Of a DNA stretch of 56,118 bases, positions 12,701 through 27,700 are shown in pieces (position 1 is the first letter of the stretch; the number at the start of each line of letters is the position of its first letter). The stretch covers positions 1-56,118 of the forward strand of contig CAXFCR010000003.1 of the NCBI GenBank assembly GCA_964001325.1. The letters are read 5' to 3'. The position numbers and the translations under genes are program-made. The notes beneath the pieces were generated by a model. The model was not told where the DNA came from and ran no database searches. It saw nothing but the letters and a program-made list of their open reading frames with translations. Origin of the DNA: an uncultured Gammaproteobacteria bacterium. GTDB taxonomy: Bacteria > Pseudomonadota > Gammaproteobacteria > Enterobacterales > UBA3532.

Positions 12701-15700
12701 ACGAAGACAAGCGCTGGATTATTGTCTACGATCGAGAACTAACCCTTGATCTACCTGAGGAGCCATCAAGCGAAGGCAAAGAGCGTGGCATTCAATACGC
12801 TCTGCCATTAGATTTTCAATCTGCTCCTACTCATATGGTGGTGCAAGATGATCTACTGATCGCCTCAAGCATTGATGACGGCGTGGCAATTCTTAGTCTA
12901 GCGGATCCTGTGAAACCAACAGCCGTTAAAAAAATAACCAAAGTGGTTTCTAACGGCAGCAGTTTGGATCTGAAGCCACTTCAAATCTTTGTGCATGACA
13001 GCTTACTTTATGTAAGTCATGCAGGAGGAATGGCCTCGTTCGACTTAACAAAGGCAAGCGTACCTCAGATACGCGATCTCAGTGACAAGGGTATGGGCTT
13101 AAACCTCGCTAACGGACTGACTTTTGTCCAAAATAACGGAACTGCTCCGCGATTGCAGGTGAAAAATTGGCAAGACAATGGCTCGCTATTAACCAAGGGC
13201 AGCTACGATCCACGAGGATTTGCCTTACGCTCAAGGCTAGAAGCGCTCGCAGGACTATCGACAGTGATTGGCGGTGGTGAAGTGGTTATCAGTGGTACAC
13301 ATCAAAGACCGCTGCGCCATGAATATTTAACACTTTATGATATCTCTAACCCCGAGCTAATCAATATACTGGATATGGTTGAGCTGGACAATGAAGTTGC
13401 CTCGGATAAAAGGGGCTCACAAAACAGATTCAGCATACGCAATGTTATTTCTAAAGATGGCGTCGCTATATCGAACTCTATCATCCAAAATAAAGCTGGT
13501 GGCAAGAGTAAACACGCGCTGAATTTTGTTGATATCCTAGTTAACGATATTGTTGAAACAGTACCTGCTGCCAATGAAGTTGCGGTAAATCCAGATATTG
13601 CTATCGAGCTTTATTTTTCTAAGGCACTAGATATTGCAGGCGATGATATAGCTAAATACATTCAGTTACAGAAACTGAATGGTGAGTCCGATCCCGAATC
13701 TGTGGATATCGGCATTCAAATTACTGGCGAGCGCTCCAATAGAGTGGTCATTACGCCAGCTACTGTTTTGGAAAGTCAGTCTAACTACCAAGTATCTTTA
13801 GTGGGAATTGCTGAAAGTCGTCGAACCAGAGGGTTAATGGACTATCAGTTTGTTTTTTCAACAGCATCCTCCTCCAATATCAAACCTCATATCACTCGTG
13901 TAGAGCCCCGCAATATCTCCACGTTAGGTGGCGAAATAATCGTTGAGCTTCTAGAAGAAGTTATTGACCCAAGATTTTATATCGGTGATCAGCTGGCAAG
14001 CATTCATTCAGTCGAAGGAAATCAATACCACATAACCGCTCCTCCGTCAGTCGAAGGCTTGGCAGCATTGACGGCAGTCAATTCCGAGGGAGCGGTCGAT
14101 AGACTCTTGGGGGCTGTTCATTATGTTGCTCCGTTAGCACTGGCTGATTTATTTCCTCGCATAGGTAGTATCGAAGGGGGAACTAACGTTGTTATACGAG
14201 GTAGTGGATTCCAGCCCGGTACGAGGGTGTGGTTCGGGGCTGCTGAGGTGCGTCCAGAGTATATTAAGGTACTTGATACGGAAACACTTGAGGTGATTAG
14301 CCCCATCGGCAGCCTAGGTGTGGTCGATGTGAAAGTTCAGGTGGGTACCGGATCTGTCTCGGTTCTCGAAGATGCATTTGAATACCAGCAGCCCATTCAA
14401 TCCACAATAAAAAGCAGTAAAACAATAATATATGACATGGTGCTCGATTCGACAGGTAGCTATTTAGTGGCTGCAGCCGGAGGTAAAGGTGTTCAGGTGT
14501 ATAATATCGATCCTTCCACTTATACCGCCCGCCCTGGCGATCCATTGAATCTGGATGACTTACGCAAGGAACTCGATGAAGACGGTGATGAGCAGGATGA
14601 TCGCTTGCTTACTACCATATCACTACCGGGTGGATATTCTGCGTTAGGCATTGATACCTACTTCGAACGTAATGTCGATTGGGTTATCGCTACAGGTGCA
14701 AAGATCGATACTGAAACCGGTAAAGCCAGTGATGCTAAGCTCTTTATTATTGGTTTTGATGCCTATGATATCACCCAGAGTCAAATGATTGCTTCATTGG
14801 CTCTAGATGCTGAATACGCAAAAGGGCTTGTGGCGGATAACAACTTGGTTACTGTAGCCATGGCTGAGTCTGGGATTGGCTTAGTCGATATATTGCATCC
14901 TAGAAAGATGTACTTGGCTAAAGCTCGCTCACTGCCTCAACATAAGAAGTCACTCGATATCCAACGGCTGGCAGGTTTTGAAGCGGCGACTTATGCTGTT
15001 GTTGCTGGTGATTACAATTTCTCTATTCCGAGGCTTCAGAATGAAGACGATCCTACCAGTGGTGGTTTCTATATCTATCAGAACGCGACAACCGGGTTTA
15101 GCTTAAAAGGTTCTTTAAACATTCCGGCAAGCTCTGTGGCTATTCACAACCAATATGCCTATCTGGCGGCTGGTGACTTAGGGGTGGTGGTTGTAGATAT
15201 TAGCGATATCGAAGACCCGGTCGAAGTGAATCGGATTGCTGGTGATGGTCATGTGTATGATATTCATTCATCAGGTAGCGTGCTTTATCTAGCGATGGGC
15301 GAAAAAGGCATTTTGCCTGTTGATGTGAGTGACCCGATGGCTCCGGTTAAGCTACCGATGATTAATGCCTATGAGCAGGAGAATGAAGAGAATAAGGTTG
15401 TCAGTGTTCTGGCCAGCCCCTATGCGTCTTTCGGTGCGGGGTTTGTTTCTGGCGCGACCTACCTTCAAGTTACCCCAGATCCTTTCTTGAAAATACACAG
15501 AGTTGAGCCTACCAACCGCATACTGGGTCCTGATGTTCTCGGTGAGCATTTGATTTGGGTGCGCTTTAACAAAGAAATTGATGTTGTCAAAGACAACGAT
15601 TCGCTGTTCTCCGTTTATCGAGAGGATGGGCAACCAATAGCCACTGATGTAGAGCTAAACAATAATGATGCCCTAATAACGCTCCAACCTGGGCATGGGT

Positions 15701-18700
15701 TGCTAAGTGGCCAGGCTATCTACTTGGTGGTCAGCTCGGGTATTCAGGTGGTTAAACAGGTCAATACCGATCTGACTATTGATATGTACCAGCTGAAGAC
15801 AACCCAACGGTTTGATTTTACTTATAAAGACGCGCGAACCAATGAGATATCCATTGATCATGTTATACCGCGTCGAACCCTGGTTGGTGAAGGTCTACGT
15901 ACAACGATCACCGCAAGAGGTATTCCGTCCGATCCTGCCCAAGTAATGGTTCGAGTCGGTGGTGAGCTGGTAAACATTGTTGATATATCAGTAACCAGTG
16001 AAGCGTTTCCGACCAGCATTCTAACTGTCGATATGCCTGCTATCCAAACCTCTGGATTTTACGATGTCAGTATCGATGTGACCCAGCATGGGGTAACACA
16101 AGGTGCTGTGGTTTATGGTGCCTGGCATGTTGATGAAGTCATTCGCTTTGATAGCATCACACCACACTGGGGACCTGTGAGCGGGGGAACATCGGTGGTG
16201 GTCACAGGTCAAGGTTTTGAGCCAGGAACGTCCGTCGGACAAACCCAAAGTATTAAAGTCGGCGATACGCCAGTACGCTTTGTAAAAGTGCTTTCATCAA
16301 CCAAAATGCGCATTACCACCCCAGAAGGTGCACCAGGAAAGCATAAAGTTATCGCCGAAGATCGCTATGGGAATCAATCAATTCTCCCCGAAGAGGACGG
16401 TTTTGGTTATGGGTTGCGACAAATCGCAACTCAAGGTTCACGCGCAGTGCATCCGAGAAACCTATGGATCGATCAGAAAGAAGGCGTGGCCTATTCCAAT
16501 GGCGGGTACGTATTAGATCTATGGAAAAATAATAGAGCGCAGATCGGTGCTGCTTATTTCACTGATGTTCCAGCCGCTGGTGTTTTTGATATTCAAAACC
16601 CTGAAAACTCCTCGTTAGTGGGGGCGGCAAGCATCCTAACCGGCACCGACCCGACAGGTAGTGATTTACGGCTATATTCTGAAATGCTTCTGTTGGCGGG
16701 TAGAGCGCAAAATGTGCTATACCCTGAGAAAGTCTTGAGTCCAGAAGAGTTGGATAGGTTATCCCTGCTTAGTGAGATGAAAGTAGCTGTTGCTTATGGA
16801 GCCGACTCTATTCAGATTTATCCCGATCACGAGTGGACCTACAATGAGAGTTTGCAGCAGTATCAGCGCCACGAACTGCTATGGGTTGCTGCGGGTTATG
16901 GTGGTGTTGTCAAACTGAACCGTGATGATGCACAGGGCCTTCAAGTGCTGGCTCAAGAAGGCAGCGATAACCTAGTTGCCGACATAGAAAAAGATGGGAA
17001 TTTGGTTTACTGGTTTAATGGAGCAGGCACTGGGTCGGAAGGTGCTAGACAGCCGTGTGAGAGCGCTTCTGGCAACTATGCTAAGAATAAACCGCTGCAA
17101 GCTCTGGCCTTTACTCATCCAACGGACGCTATTTCCCTACCGATTAAGGTATCTACCAAGTCGTCATACCGCATAGAACGGAAGCAGCAAAGATTATACG
17201 TTTATGGTCAGAGTACAGGGTATGATTTCAAACCCATTAGCGTATGTATGTTGCACGATGTAGGTGTCAATGAGATTGGCGAGGTGAGTGACGATTTTGC
17301 CAATCTTGAAGTGATCAATTTAGCACAGCCGGATGAACGCTCGGTATACGAGTTTGAGTCAAATGTGGTAGATGTCGAGCCATATGGCGAATATGACATT
17401 GTGGCGTTAATGAATGGTACATTGGTCATCATTAACCGCCGTACCCAAGAACAGTCGCGGTTTGTTATTGATAGCACCATACAGACACCAAAAGCCTACT
17501 ATTTTAATATCCAGCGTTATGCCAATAACCTTTTCTTAAGCTCTAGAGGTGGTGGGGTTATTGGTATTGATTTTGCCGATATTTCACAGCCCAAGATCTT
17601 CACAGCAGGAACCCGCAGCCCTATTTATGATGTGGGCATCTATCGTGATCGTATGTTGGCGGCAGCTGCTGAGGGGGGCGTTTCCGTTTTTGAATTGCCG
17701 GGTGCATTGGTTACCGAGTTCTCCTACGATCAGCAAAGTATTCCGGAGAATACGCCTTTACACATTGCATTCAATGAAGTAGTTACCTTGGAGTCATTGA
17801 TGCAAGAAGGAGCATTGGAGCTCCAAAATATAACGACAGGGCAAGATATTACGGACTGGCAGCTTGAAATCGTCGGAGACGAATCAGGTATTTCGGATAA
17901 ATTTGCCCTGTCCTTTCCAAGAACGGCTGGGCACGACTACTTAGTTCGTATTATCGATGCCCGTAACCAGCGCGGTGGCTCTTTGTGGCAAACGGCACAA
18001 ACGGTGATTACTGCAGCTCCTGAAGGAACGCAGGATATTGCCATATCTTATCTTGAGAATACCTTGTGGCATGATGGGGATGAAGGAGAGCTAATTGTTC
18101 ATGGGCAAGGCTTCAGCCAAAATATGTACGTTGAGGTTGGGTCGGCAAGCGTGGCATTTGAATGGATCGCTGAAGGTGAAATTCGTATCGCGTATTCCGA
18201 GATTGAAAAACTCCACCTCCCAGCTGGAGCTTATTCCCTCACTTTATCAAATACAGTGTATACCGACCGTTTGGCTGCAGCTTTTATTCTGGCTGAGCGT
18301 TGGTCGAATGACATAGAGTGGAAGCTATCAAAAAATTCTGCTCCTGCATCAGGAGGTTACCCCGTTAGCATTCAGGCGAACAAACAGGTCATTTTACCTG
18401 GTGCCAAGGTTGAGTTACGCGACCGCTTTGATAGCTCAAGGGTATTACGCACCGAAGTCTTCTCTGACGGCAGTAAAATTGACCTGCGGGACGATGTCAA
18501 AACCTTATCTGAGTTTAGCTTTAGGCTGCCAGGTGTCGAGGAGCCTGGATTATTCCATGTCTATCTGATCTCTGGAGCGCACGAACAATATATTGGTGAT
18601 TTTTCTTACAGCTATGAACATGGATTAGGCTTTGAACTGCCTAATTATCCTCCCATGGTGGTTGGTGATGCCGTCGTTGAGCAACGCGATTTGCTGGTGG

Positions 18701-21700
18701 ACCAGAATCAAAACCCTATATTATCCGATGTTCTTTTTGTTGGTGTATCCCATACGCAGAGTAGTGTGGAAAACAATCGCTTTGTGATGGAATCGGGGCT
18801 GGAAATATACGACCTGAACATTTGGGAGCGCCCCATTCGGTTGGCTCAGCTACCAACATCCTCTCCTATTTTGGGTGTAGATGTGTTAGGGAATAGCGTT
18901 TATCTTGCTGGAGGTGAAGCTGGAATATATGTCGTAGATATCACCGATCTCAGGCAACCTTCAATCATCAGGGAGCTCTCATTGGGGGGCGATGTAGCAA
19001 CGGATCTGTCTATTAACAACGACTTAGGCATATTAGCTGTTTCATTTTTGCGGGGTGATAGTGGATACGTACAGTTTTTTGATCTATCCAATGGGCATAT
19101 GGCTACACCTATTGGCTATCCCATTGTCTCATTTGATGGTGAGCTTCAAGGTAAGCCCTATCAAATACAATGGTTAGGGAACAGCTTGCATGTGCTACTC
19201 AGCAAAGAAAATGGCTTCAAGCATGTCGAAATAACCGATCTGGGGGCTGGTGGAGTTCCTACACTTCTTCATTCAGATGTCGCCGTCGACAATCAAACGA
19301 CTTCTCCGAACCTCTCGATGGTCGTATTTGAAGGGCAGTTGGTACTTAGCATCGGTGAAGATTACGTAATCTTGAAAAAAGAAGATCAAACATGGAATCC
19401 TGTCTATTGGGAGCAGACCGGAAATAGCTTAATGCTCAATGGTGGGCAAGTCATGACCTCGAATGGCGCGGGATTCAAGATTAGTCCCATGGTTGATTTG
19501 GCTGTTAGTCACTATGCACCAGCTTCTGCAAGCTTTATCGGCTGGAACGATAAGATAACTATTCAGTTCAATAAACTGATCAACACCGCTCTCTTTGAAG
19601 AAGGCTACGAGCCAGAGGAAGGGCATCAATTAGCTTATGAACTACTTGATAGCCAAGGCAATGTTTTAGCGAAAGAGAATTATACCCTCAGTGCGATCAA
19701 TACGTTAAAGGGCGGGCAAATAACTATCCAAATGACGGATGCTTTCCAGGCGAAAGAAAGCATCACTTTTACCCTTATAGGTGAAGAAGTCAGAGAACTC
19801 AATGGCCATATTCTTGGCAAAGACCTCTCGTTAAATTATACCTTTGTTCCTGGTTATCGCCCTCAAGTGCATAGCGTTGAGCGAGTCGTTGCTCAAGACG
19901 TTGCCCTTCGTCATATATTTCATGCTGACGGTTCAGAGCAAGCAATAATATACGGCCAATATTTTGGTACGGACCCACAAGGTTTGCAGGTAAGCATTGG
20001 TGGTTTGGAACTAAAAACGGAAGATATTATCGAAGTTGCTGATGCTCAGTTAACAATAAATATACCTAGAATTGATATAGCAACGAATTCAGCCAGTTTG
20101 CCAATAAAAGTCTGGCGTGACGAATTGATCGGCCAGTTGAACGGTGCATTGGTTATCATGCCACCGGTTAAATTACAGTTGGTTGAGCCTGATTTTGGCC
20201 CTCCTCAAGGTGGAAATTGGGTAGATATATATGGTGCTGGGTTCAACCATGGTCTTAACGTGTCGTTTGGTACAAGCCCAGCTGCTGATTTACGCATTCT
20301 AAGCTCTTCGCATGCCAGATTACGAGCACCAGCAGGTGATTTTGGCCCCGTTGATGTTGTAATAAGCAGTAGGTATTTTCCTGATGAGCAATCAACCCTT
20401 AATGATGGGTATTTTTATGCCAGCCGTGAAGCGGGTTCGGTTGAGCTATCAACGGAATATGGTGAAAGTCCGGTTTCACAGTTGCACCTGCATGGGCAAC
20501 TCGTCTATTTAGCTACTGGCGGGCAATACCAGCTTAAAGGCTCTAGTGGCGCTACCCTTCGTCAGTACACAAGCGCTGATGCGCAATTGGTCTTGTTGGA
20601 TATTAGTGATCCGGTGAATCCCGAGGTGATTGATATACCAACACCCGATGGCAGGGATACTCGCCCATACGTACTAAATCAGAACCTGAAAGAGTTTGGT
20701 TTCACCGATCTCCAGTACCACGATGAGCAGCTAGGTGCTGTTGGTGGAAATCGATTTTATCTATTTGATACTACGTTAGCTACTGACCCATTATTGATTT
20801 TTGAGGCTGAGCTTGATAGGGGCGGTGATTGTTCTGCCTCTTATGATGGCGAAATAGGTTCACAAGCGCACAGTCTTGTTCTGGACCGAAGTGTAGCTTA
20901 TATATCAGGTAATTTCGGGTTAAAGGTTTACTTGACCGGAAGTCGACCAAGGTTACTCAAGTCTATATGTGCTAGTGAGCTAGGTGGTCAGCCGTCTCAG
21001 TTGCAGCGAGTTGGCAACCTTCTTTGGATGTTAATCCCCAGTCTTCATCAGATTGTCGCTGTAGATTTGATGTCTGGAGATTATCAAATAGCCAATCGGA
21101 TCCACCTAAATGATGCGGCGCAAGCGCCTTTACCGGTGTCTGATTTTCATATTGTCGGCGAGCAGGTATTCGTTGGCACAGCTCAGCGAGCCTCGATTGC
21201 TCTGTTTGCAGTAAGGCCAGATGACCAATCGGTGTTTATTAATGAGCAACCGCTACATGCATTTAAAGCGGGTGCAGATGTCAATGCTAAGCAGCTTCAA
21301 TTGCGTGGCCAAACGCTATACGTTGCAGCAGGGCATGGTGATATGCAGCAATGGGACGTTTCTCATTGGCTGGCAGGGAACTTTTCCGAAAAGATAGCGC
21401 TTGAAAACTACTACATGGTATCCGGTAGTGTGGAAACCTTCGCTTTAGGTGCTGAGACATTATATGTTGGTACGGCTTACGTCAAAGATGGTGATCAGAT
21501 CCTTGAGCCTCCCGTTGAGTCGGCTCCTTATGGTAACTTGGTTGGTGGTTTGAATACTATCGTCACAGAAGAGTTGGCAATATTGGGGCACTCTCCAGCG
21601 GTCAATGGGTTGCTTTCTACCGATGCTGCAATTGAAGTACAGTTCAACAAGATATTAGATAGCCGACAGATAGAATCCGATGGCGATACACTGGTGAGTG

Positions 21701-24700
21701 TTAGTTTGAACAGCAGTCCGGTATCTGGCTTCCTGTCTATGGTTGCCAATAATGACGGTTCCAAGCTGATATTCAGACCACTTTCTCCATTGCAAGCAGG
21801 GAGAGAGTATTGGATTGAGATAAGTGACTCGCTGGCCGGATTACATGGTGAAACCTTGCCAAATACTTATCGCTTCCGGTTTGTATCCACCGACGACCAT
21901 CCTGTTACGGTAAATACCATCGAGCCGCTGTTTGTTAGTTGGGAAGGCGGTGAGCTGATTACGATCAATGGCAGTGGCTTTAATGAAGAAACCGCCGTTT
22001 TCATCGGTGGTGTCGAAGCGGTTGTGGAGTCGTATACTGATAATCAACTGCTGGTTCAGTCGCCAAATATCTCGTTAGTAGATGGTGAGAATAAGCTGTT
22101 AGGCATTGAAATCGTACAGGGCGATTTATCACTACAGGTTCCCGCGAGCCTGACTTATGTAGCTGCGCCTAGCATTGAGGAAGTAGGCGAGTATAACTAT
22201 GGTAGTGGGCAACTCCACTCTCAAACCTCCACGCTCGAATACAGTAGCAATAGTTTCATCGGGATAAGAGGACAAGGCCTGAGCCCGAGTACTATTGTAA
22301 TGGTCAATGGCAAGCCAGCTCAGAACGTCGAGTTTAAATCAGAAAACCTCATTGTTTTCACTCTGCCTGACAACGTACTAGGGGAGTTGGATATTGCATT
22401 GGCCAACCGAACTGATTTAAGTGACTTGGTGAGTGACGTCTCTTTGTCGGTTTCCCTCCCAGCGATGATGCACTTGAATGGGAAGGAGTTTGAGCATATC
22501 GAACGCAGTGGTGCGCTTTTGGCGTTAGCGACTTCACGCAAAATACAGATTTATTCCACGTTAGATAGTCAGCTACCTCTATTACAGAGCACTATTTTCA
22601 TTGATGAGGAAGGGTTGTCACCTGATCAAGCTATTTCTGCTATTGGCTTAAGCGAGACAGCGTTGGCGGTGGTGATCTCGGGCGGAGAAAAAATCCGCTT
22701 CTATGAACTGGAAAACCCTATTGTTCCTGAGCTTGTGCATGAGATACAGGCCAAAAACGTAGGCATTCAACAAATCACGCTGGCTGATAAGCAGTTCGTG
22801 GCCCGTTCGGAGCAATACATCCATGTTGGAGCAAATTTTGGCGATTTATGGAAAGACATTCCTGTTGCCGGGATTATTGACATGCATAGCGTTGATGAGT
22901 GGCTAATATTCCTTACCCATGACACGTTTCAGTTAAGGCATTGGGATAGCCTTAGTCAACCTTTTGAATATGCACATGATATTGATTCGCCAGAAGCGCT
23001 TGTTGTATCACCGCAGCGCGTAATGGTGCGTGGAGAGACGAATCAATTATTCCATTTGTACGGAAACCTGGCTAGTGGTCCGTCTCTTGACTACTTAGCG
23101 GATATAGAGCTGGTTAATGGCAGTGGTAGTGTCATGGCTATTGCCGGTGATTTACTTGTCGTTGGGCACGATGATGGGATCTATATTTATGATCTGCCTT
23201 CCACCACTGCCACTGAACCTTTGGCGCCTATTGCAGAAGTGAATGCCCAGGTTGATGAGCCCCGTTATTTTGCGCTATCGGGGACAATGCTTGAATGGTA
23301 TGACAATCAGCAGTTTGCTAACGCACAGATACCCTTGAATAATATTTATCGTCTCAACACGACAAGCATTATGGCGGATACCCAACTTGTTCGTTTTCTA
23401 ACTACCGGTAGCCCTGATGGTTGGAGCAATGTGAGCATTGATGGCTATGATTCAGAGCAAACACAGCAACTAAGGTTAAGCAGCAGTACCGATTTTGAAG
23501 GTGACGGACTGGTTTACCGGTTATTGGCGACGGCCTATTCACAAGGAGGGACAGTATATAGTTATCAACTTTTCACCCAGCCGGAGCAGACGATTGAAGG
23601 AGTTGATATTAAGCTTGACCTTCCTTGGGCGCTAGCAACTGAAGTCTTGTTTGGTGTGCAGCCGCCAATACTTGATTCGCTGTCCACGTCTAATTGGGTT
23701 AAAGGTCAGATGACTCCGTTAACGGTTTATGGGCAAAATCTGGACAAGATCGAAAGCTTGTCCATTGGTGATTTAACTGTATTCGCAGACAACGCTGATA
23801 GCTCTCCAGCCTGGGATATTAATTGGTTGGTCAATGACACCGGAACCGAACTCAGCTTACATGTCTTACCTGAACAAGCTGGCAGTTTTGATATTGTTGC
23901 AGATAGCGTCGATGGAAGCGTAAGCCTGCAAGGCGCTGTATTAGTTTCGGAGCCGTTGACAATCGATAATGTGTCCACTTCTCTAGCCAGCCAAAATAAT
24001 CAGGTTAGTATTTTGGGTGGGACGCCGCTTTATTTGTCGGGTACAGGGTTTGATGGTTCCTATACGATCCATTGGCGCCCGTTAAATTCCACTATGCCAT
24101 TTGACGGCTCTAATCAACTGACATATCAGTGGATTGATGGCACGCTGGTGGCTGATTCATTGGCCATAAGTACGGCTGGCCAAGAGTATGAGGTATGGAT
24201 TAAGAAAGACGCGACTAACGAAGTGGTGCAGAGTCCGGTCAATGTGGTATCGATTGACGATGAAGCGCCTTTGGTTGAAGAGTATCAACCATTGAGTTCA
24301 GCCACACCGTTGATTATCGACTTTTCCGAGGACATACAGCTGGATGGCTTTTTAGTACAGCGTCAAAATCGAGATTATGATACGCCGCAGCTGGTTGATG
24401 ATAGTGATAATTTTGAAATGGTTGTCAGTGGTAAACGCATCCGCTTATTCCTAAAAGATGGTGGTGTTTTACTTCCCAACTCTCATTATCAGATCAAAAT
24501 AATGGGGATACGCGATTTACAAGGTAATGCTGTTACTAAATATCAGAAAGTGTTGCTCGATGGCGAATTTTCCGTTGAGCTTGCAACCAAGGATCTGTTG
24601 AAACCCATAGATATAGAGTTGAAGCAATTGAAATTGGGTGACTGGACGGATGCGTCGGATATGCTAGAGCTGGTATCTGGTTATCAATACTATGTAATGC

Positions 24701-27700
24701 CTCATGCTGTTGACAACATGACCGAGGAAGAACTGCTTGAGTATGAGCTTTATGTTTCCTGGGATTCAGGCACTAGTTATAGCCTACTCGGGGCGCCAAG
24801 GTTTGTTGCTGCTGGCTGGGAAGGGGTGCCTATTCAGCTGCGAGGTGAGCCGCGAGTTGATATAAAAGTTGTCGTCTATGATGCGAAGAGAAACAGCGCG
24901 GAGCAAGTATTTACCTACGATATCCTTCCTGCATCATTGAGCATTGAGCACTTTGAGCCAGCACAAGGGCAGGAGAGTTTTTCTGATACCTTCATTCGTT
25001 ATGGCATTGGAGGCAATACCGACCTCATCAATCAGATACAAATTGGCGTGCTGGGCCAATGGCATACGGTTGATCTGTTGCCACCCAACAATGTCATAAC
25101 AACAGCCTATGCTGAACTTCCGTTCAAAAACCCGCGCCTGGCTGATCTTTGCTCAGAGAATGAGATACATGAATTAGAAGTAAGTGACTGTGATGAAATA
25201 ACCGTACAAATATCCGTCGATTACGGTGCGGATCAGAAGCTTGTTTCAACAAACAGTTACGACCTGTTACCCGATACCTCTGCACCTACGGTCGTTATAC
25301 TCGAGCCAACGCAAAGAGAATCCGTTGTCATTGGCGAGCCGTTGTTTATTCGCGCCAAGGCGTATGATCCAGAAACGCTCTTTTCATTTACTGCTTCAGT
25401 CAATGGTGAATTATTGCCTAAAGAAGCCGAGGGGATCTTCAAGTATACGCCTGTTGAACCACAAGGTGTGGTTACGGTCGCTGTTGAAGCGACGGATAGT
25501 TACGGGAATCAGTCGATTACCGACTTAGAGCTTATCAAAGTGCTAGACAAAGAATCGCTGGTTGATATAGATATATTGTCACCGCATTCAGGAGAGCACG
25601 TCTTTGCTGGTCAGCCATTAGAGATAATCGTTGCGCTGAAAAACCTGGATGAAGTAACCCTTACAGCCATACTTCAAAATGATCCAAGTCATCCGCTTAA
25701 TCCGCAACCGCAGACTTTAACCGCTGATAGCTCTGGAACAGCAAGGGCTACCTTGAATATTCCAAGCGTATCGGAAAACCGAACATTGCAAATAGTGGTT
25801 AGCCACGGCGAATTACGTTCTGAAGTCGCATTAACCATCGATGCTAATAGTGATATTGACGAGCTTCCTCTGGTGAATGTTCTACCTGAAGCCAATATCC
25901 TTGCTGGTAGCCGTGTCTATTTATCAGGACAGCAGCCAGCTGGCATGCCTGATTTCAGCGAAGACAGTCGTCTAGAGGTTAAGCAAACGGCGCTAACTGG
26001 TGTAGTTGTAGACCAAATGACCCTTCCTTATCTTGGTGATAGCTCAGTGAAAGTAATGGCAACGAACGGCGTCGTTGAAATTGATTCTGTGTTGCGCGAT
26101 ATCTCGGGCCATAGTCGAGCGGATGCTATCTCGTCGTTAACTATCGAACCATTCATTGCAGATGAAGCTGCTCAATACATAACCCCAGCGCTTCTGTCAC
26201 AGGAGCAAGTCGTTGAGCTATTCCCGATACCAGTCGCCTTAAGTGATAGTGGGGTAGGTTTAATAATACGGGGGCCAGATGCTGACAGAATACATGTTCC
26301 AGGCACTATTGGTGATCTAGTAAATGTTGAAAATGGTCTTGTAAAAGAAGCAGCCTATACCGGTGCCGGGCTATGGGCACTTATCTTTGAGAATGGCACA
26401 ACCCATCGCTACTTCTGGCCACTGCATAATGGAGCTTTGGCGCAGGAGCCATTAGTAACACCCATTTATCATGAGTGGGAGAGCATGTCAGGACGGATAG
26501 CGTATCAAGTAAGGGGTAACTGGATCGGAGCTATGGTCTATCAAGATCACGCTTGGTTCCCAATCGCAGGTATATCCGCTGGACAGACTATTAGTGATCA
26601 CGTAGTGGTTGGTGATGAGTTGTTTGTTTTAGCTGCCAACAGCCTCGTTCGTTATGGGCTTGATGAAAGCGGAAGAGCCATTCAACAGCGCGGAACCGGT
26701 TATTCTTTAGACATTTCTGCGACGACTATTCAAGCCACTCCTGAGTTAATCGTAGTAACAAATTCAAATGTAGTGAGTAGTTATCGTTTTAATGAGATGG
26801 CTGATTTGGAATCAGTTAGCCAGCTAGCCTTTTCTTCCGCCTATCAACAGCTGGTTATTACAGGTGAGCTGTTGTGGGTGCAACATAATGATACATGGCG
26901 AGTATTCCGCGACTCTGAGTTAATCGGTATTTTTGACGATTTGAATGAGAATATACACTTTGCTCATGCCAACCTGTTTAGCATCCCCGCGTCAGGACAA
27001 CATGTCGAAAAACTAAAACTTCAGGCGGCAGACGGTGATGGCTCCGCACTAACGCCGTCATGGAGTGAGCATGCCTTTGATATCGAGGCGGTGTTCGAGC
27101 CGAGCCCTGTTCTAGGTGGCGAAACGTTAGTTGTCGAACAAAATGGTGAGATGGTGCCTGTTCAACCGATCGCTATTCCTGGTAAAACAGGGGTAAGAAT
27201 ACTGCGTCAGGATCTCAACGATGGTAGCTTACAGCTCAATCGCCGTACTAATCATTCTATGGAGTCCACAGAATATAGTTTAACCGCTGAAGCCTTAGCT
27301 GAATGGTCGATCAAACCAAACGTAGCTCAAAGCCAAAATGCCCATATACCTTTACTCTTTGCAGCGGAGAAGGGCACGGCAAGTCGCCTTGAAGTGAACG
27401 GTGAAATTGCTCATACCTATAAAAATACTGCTTGGTCACTGCTCAAGCTCGATACCGAGGAGCCTGAATACAGCGTTACATTGATTGCTGAACCAATGGT
27501 CGAAGATATTTTAATCCCGCTGGTAAGTAATGAGGGGGATGGTGGACAGATCCTGGTTATTCATCCAGTGAATAACCAGAGCATCAGCGAAGGGGAAGTG
27601 GTTGCACTGCGATACGAAGGTAGTGGAGATATTCGGTGGGTCGAAATCGAAGTGTATGACTTTAACCAAAACCTGATTGAGGTAGTTCATAGTCAAGACA

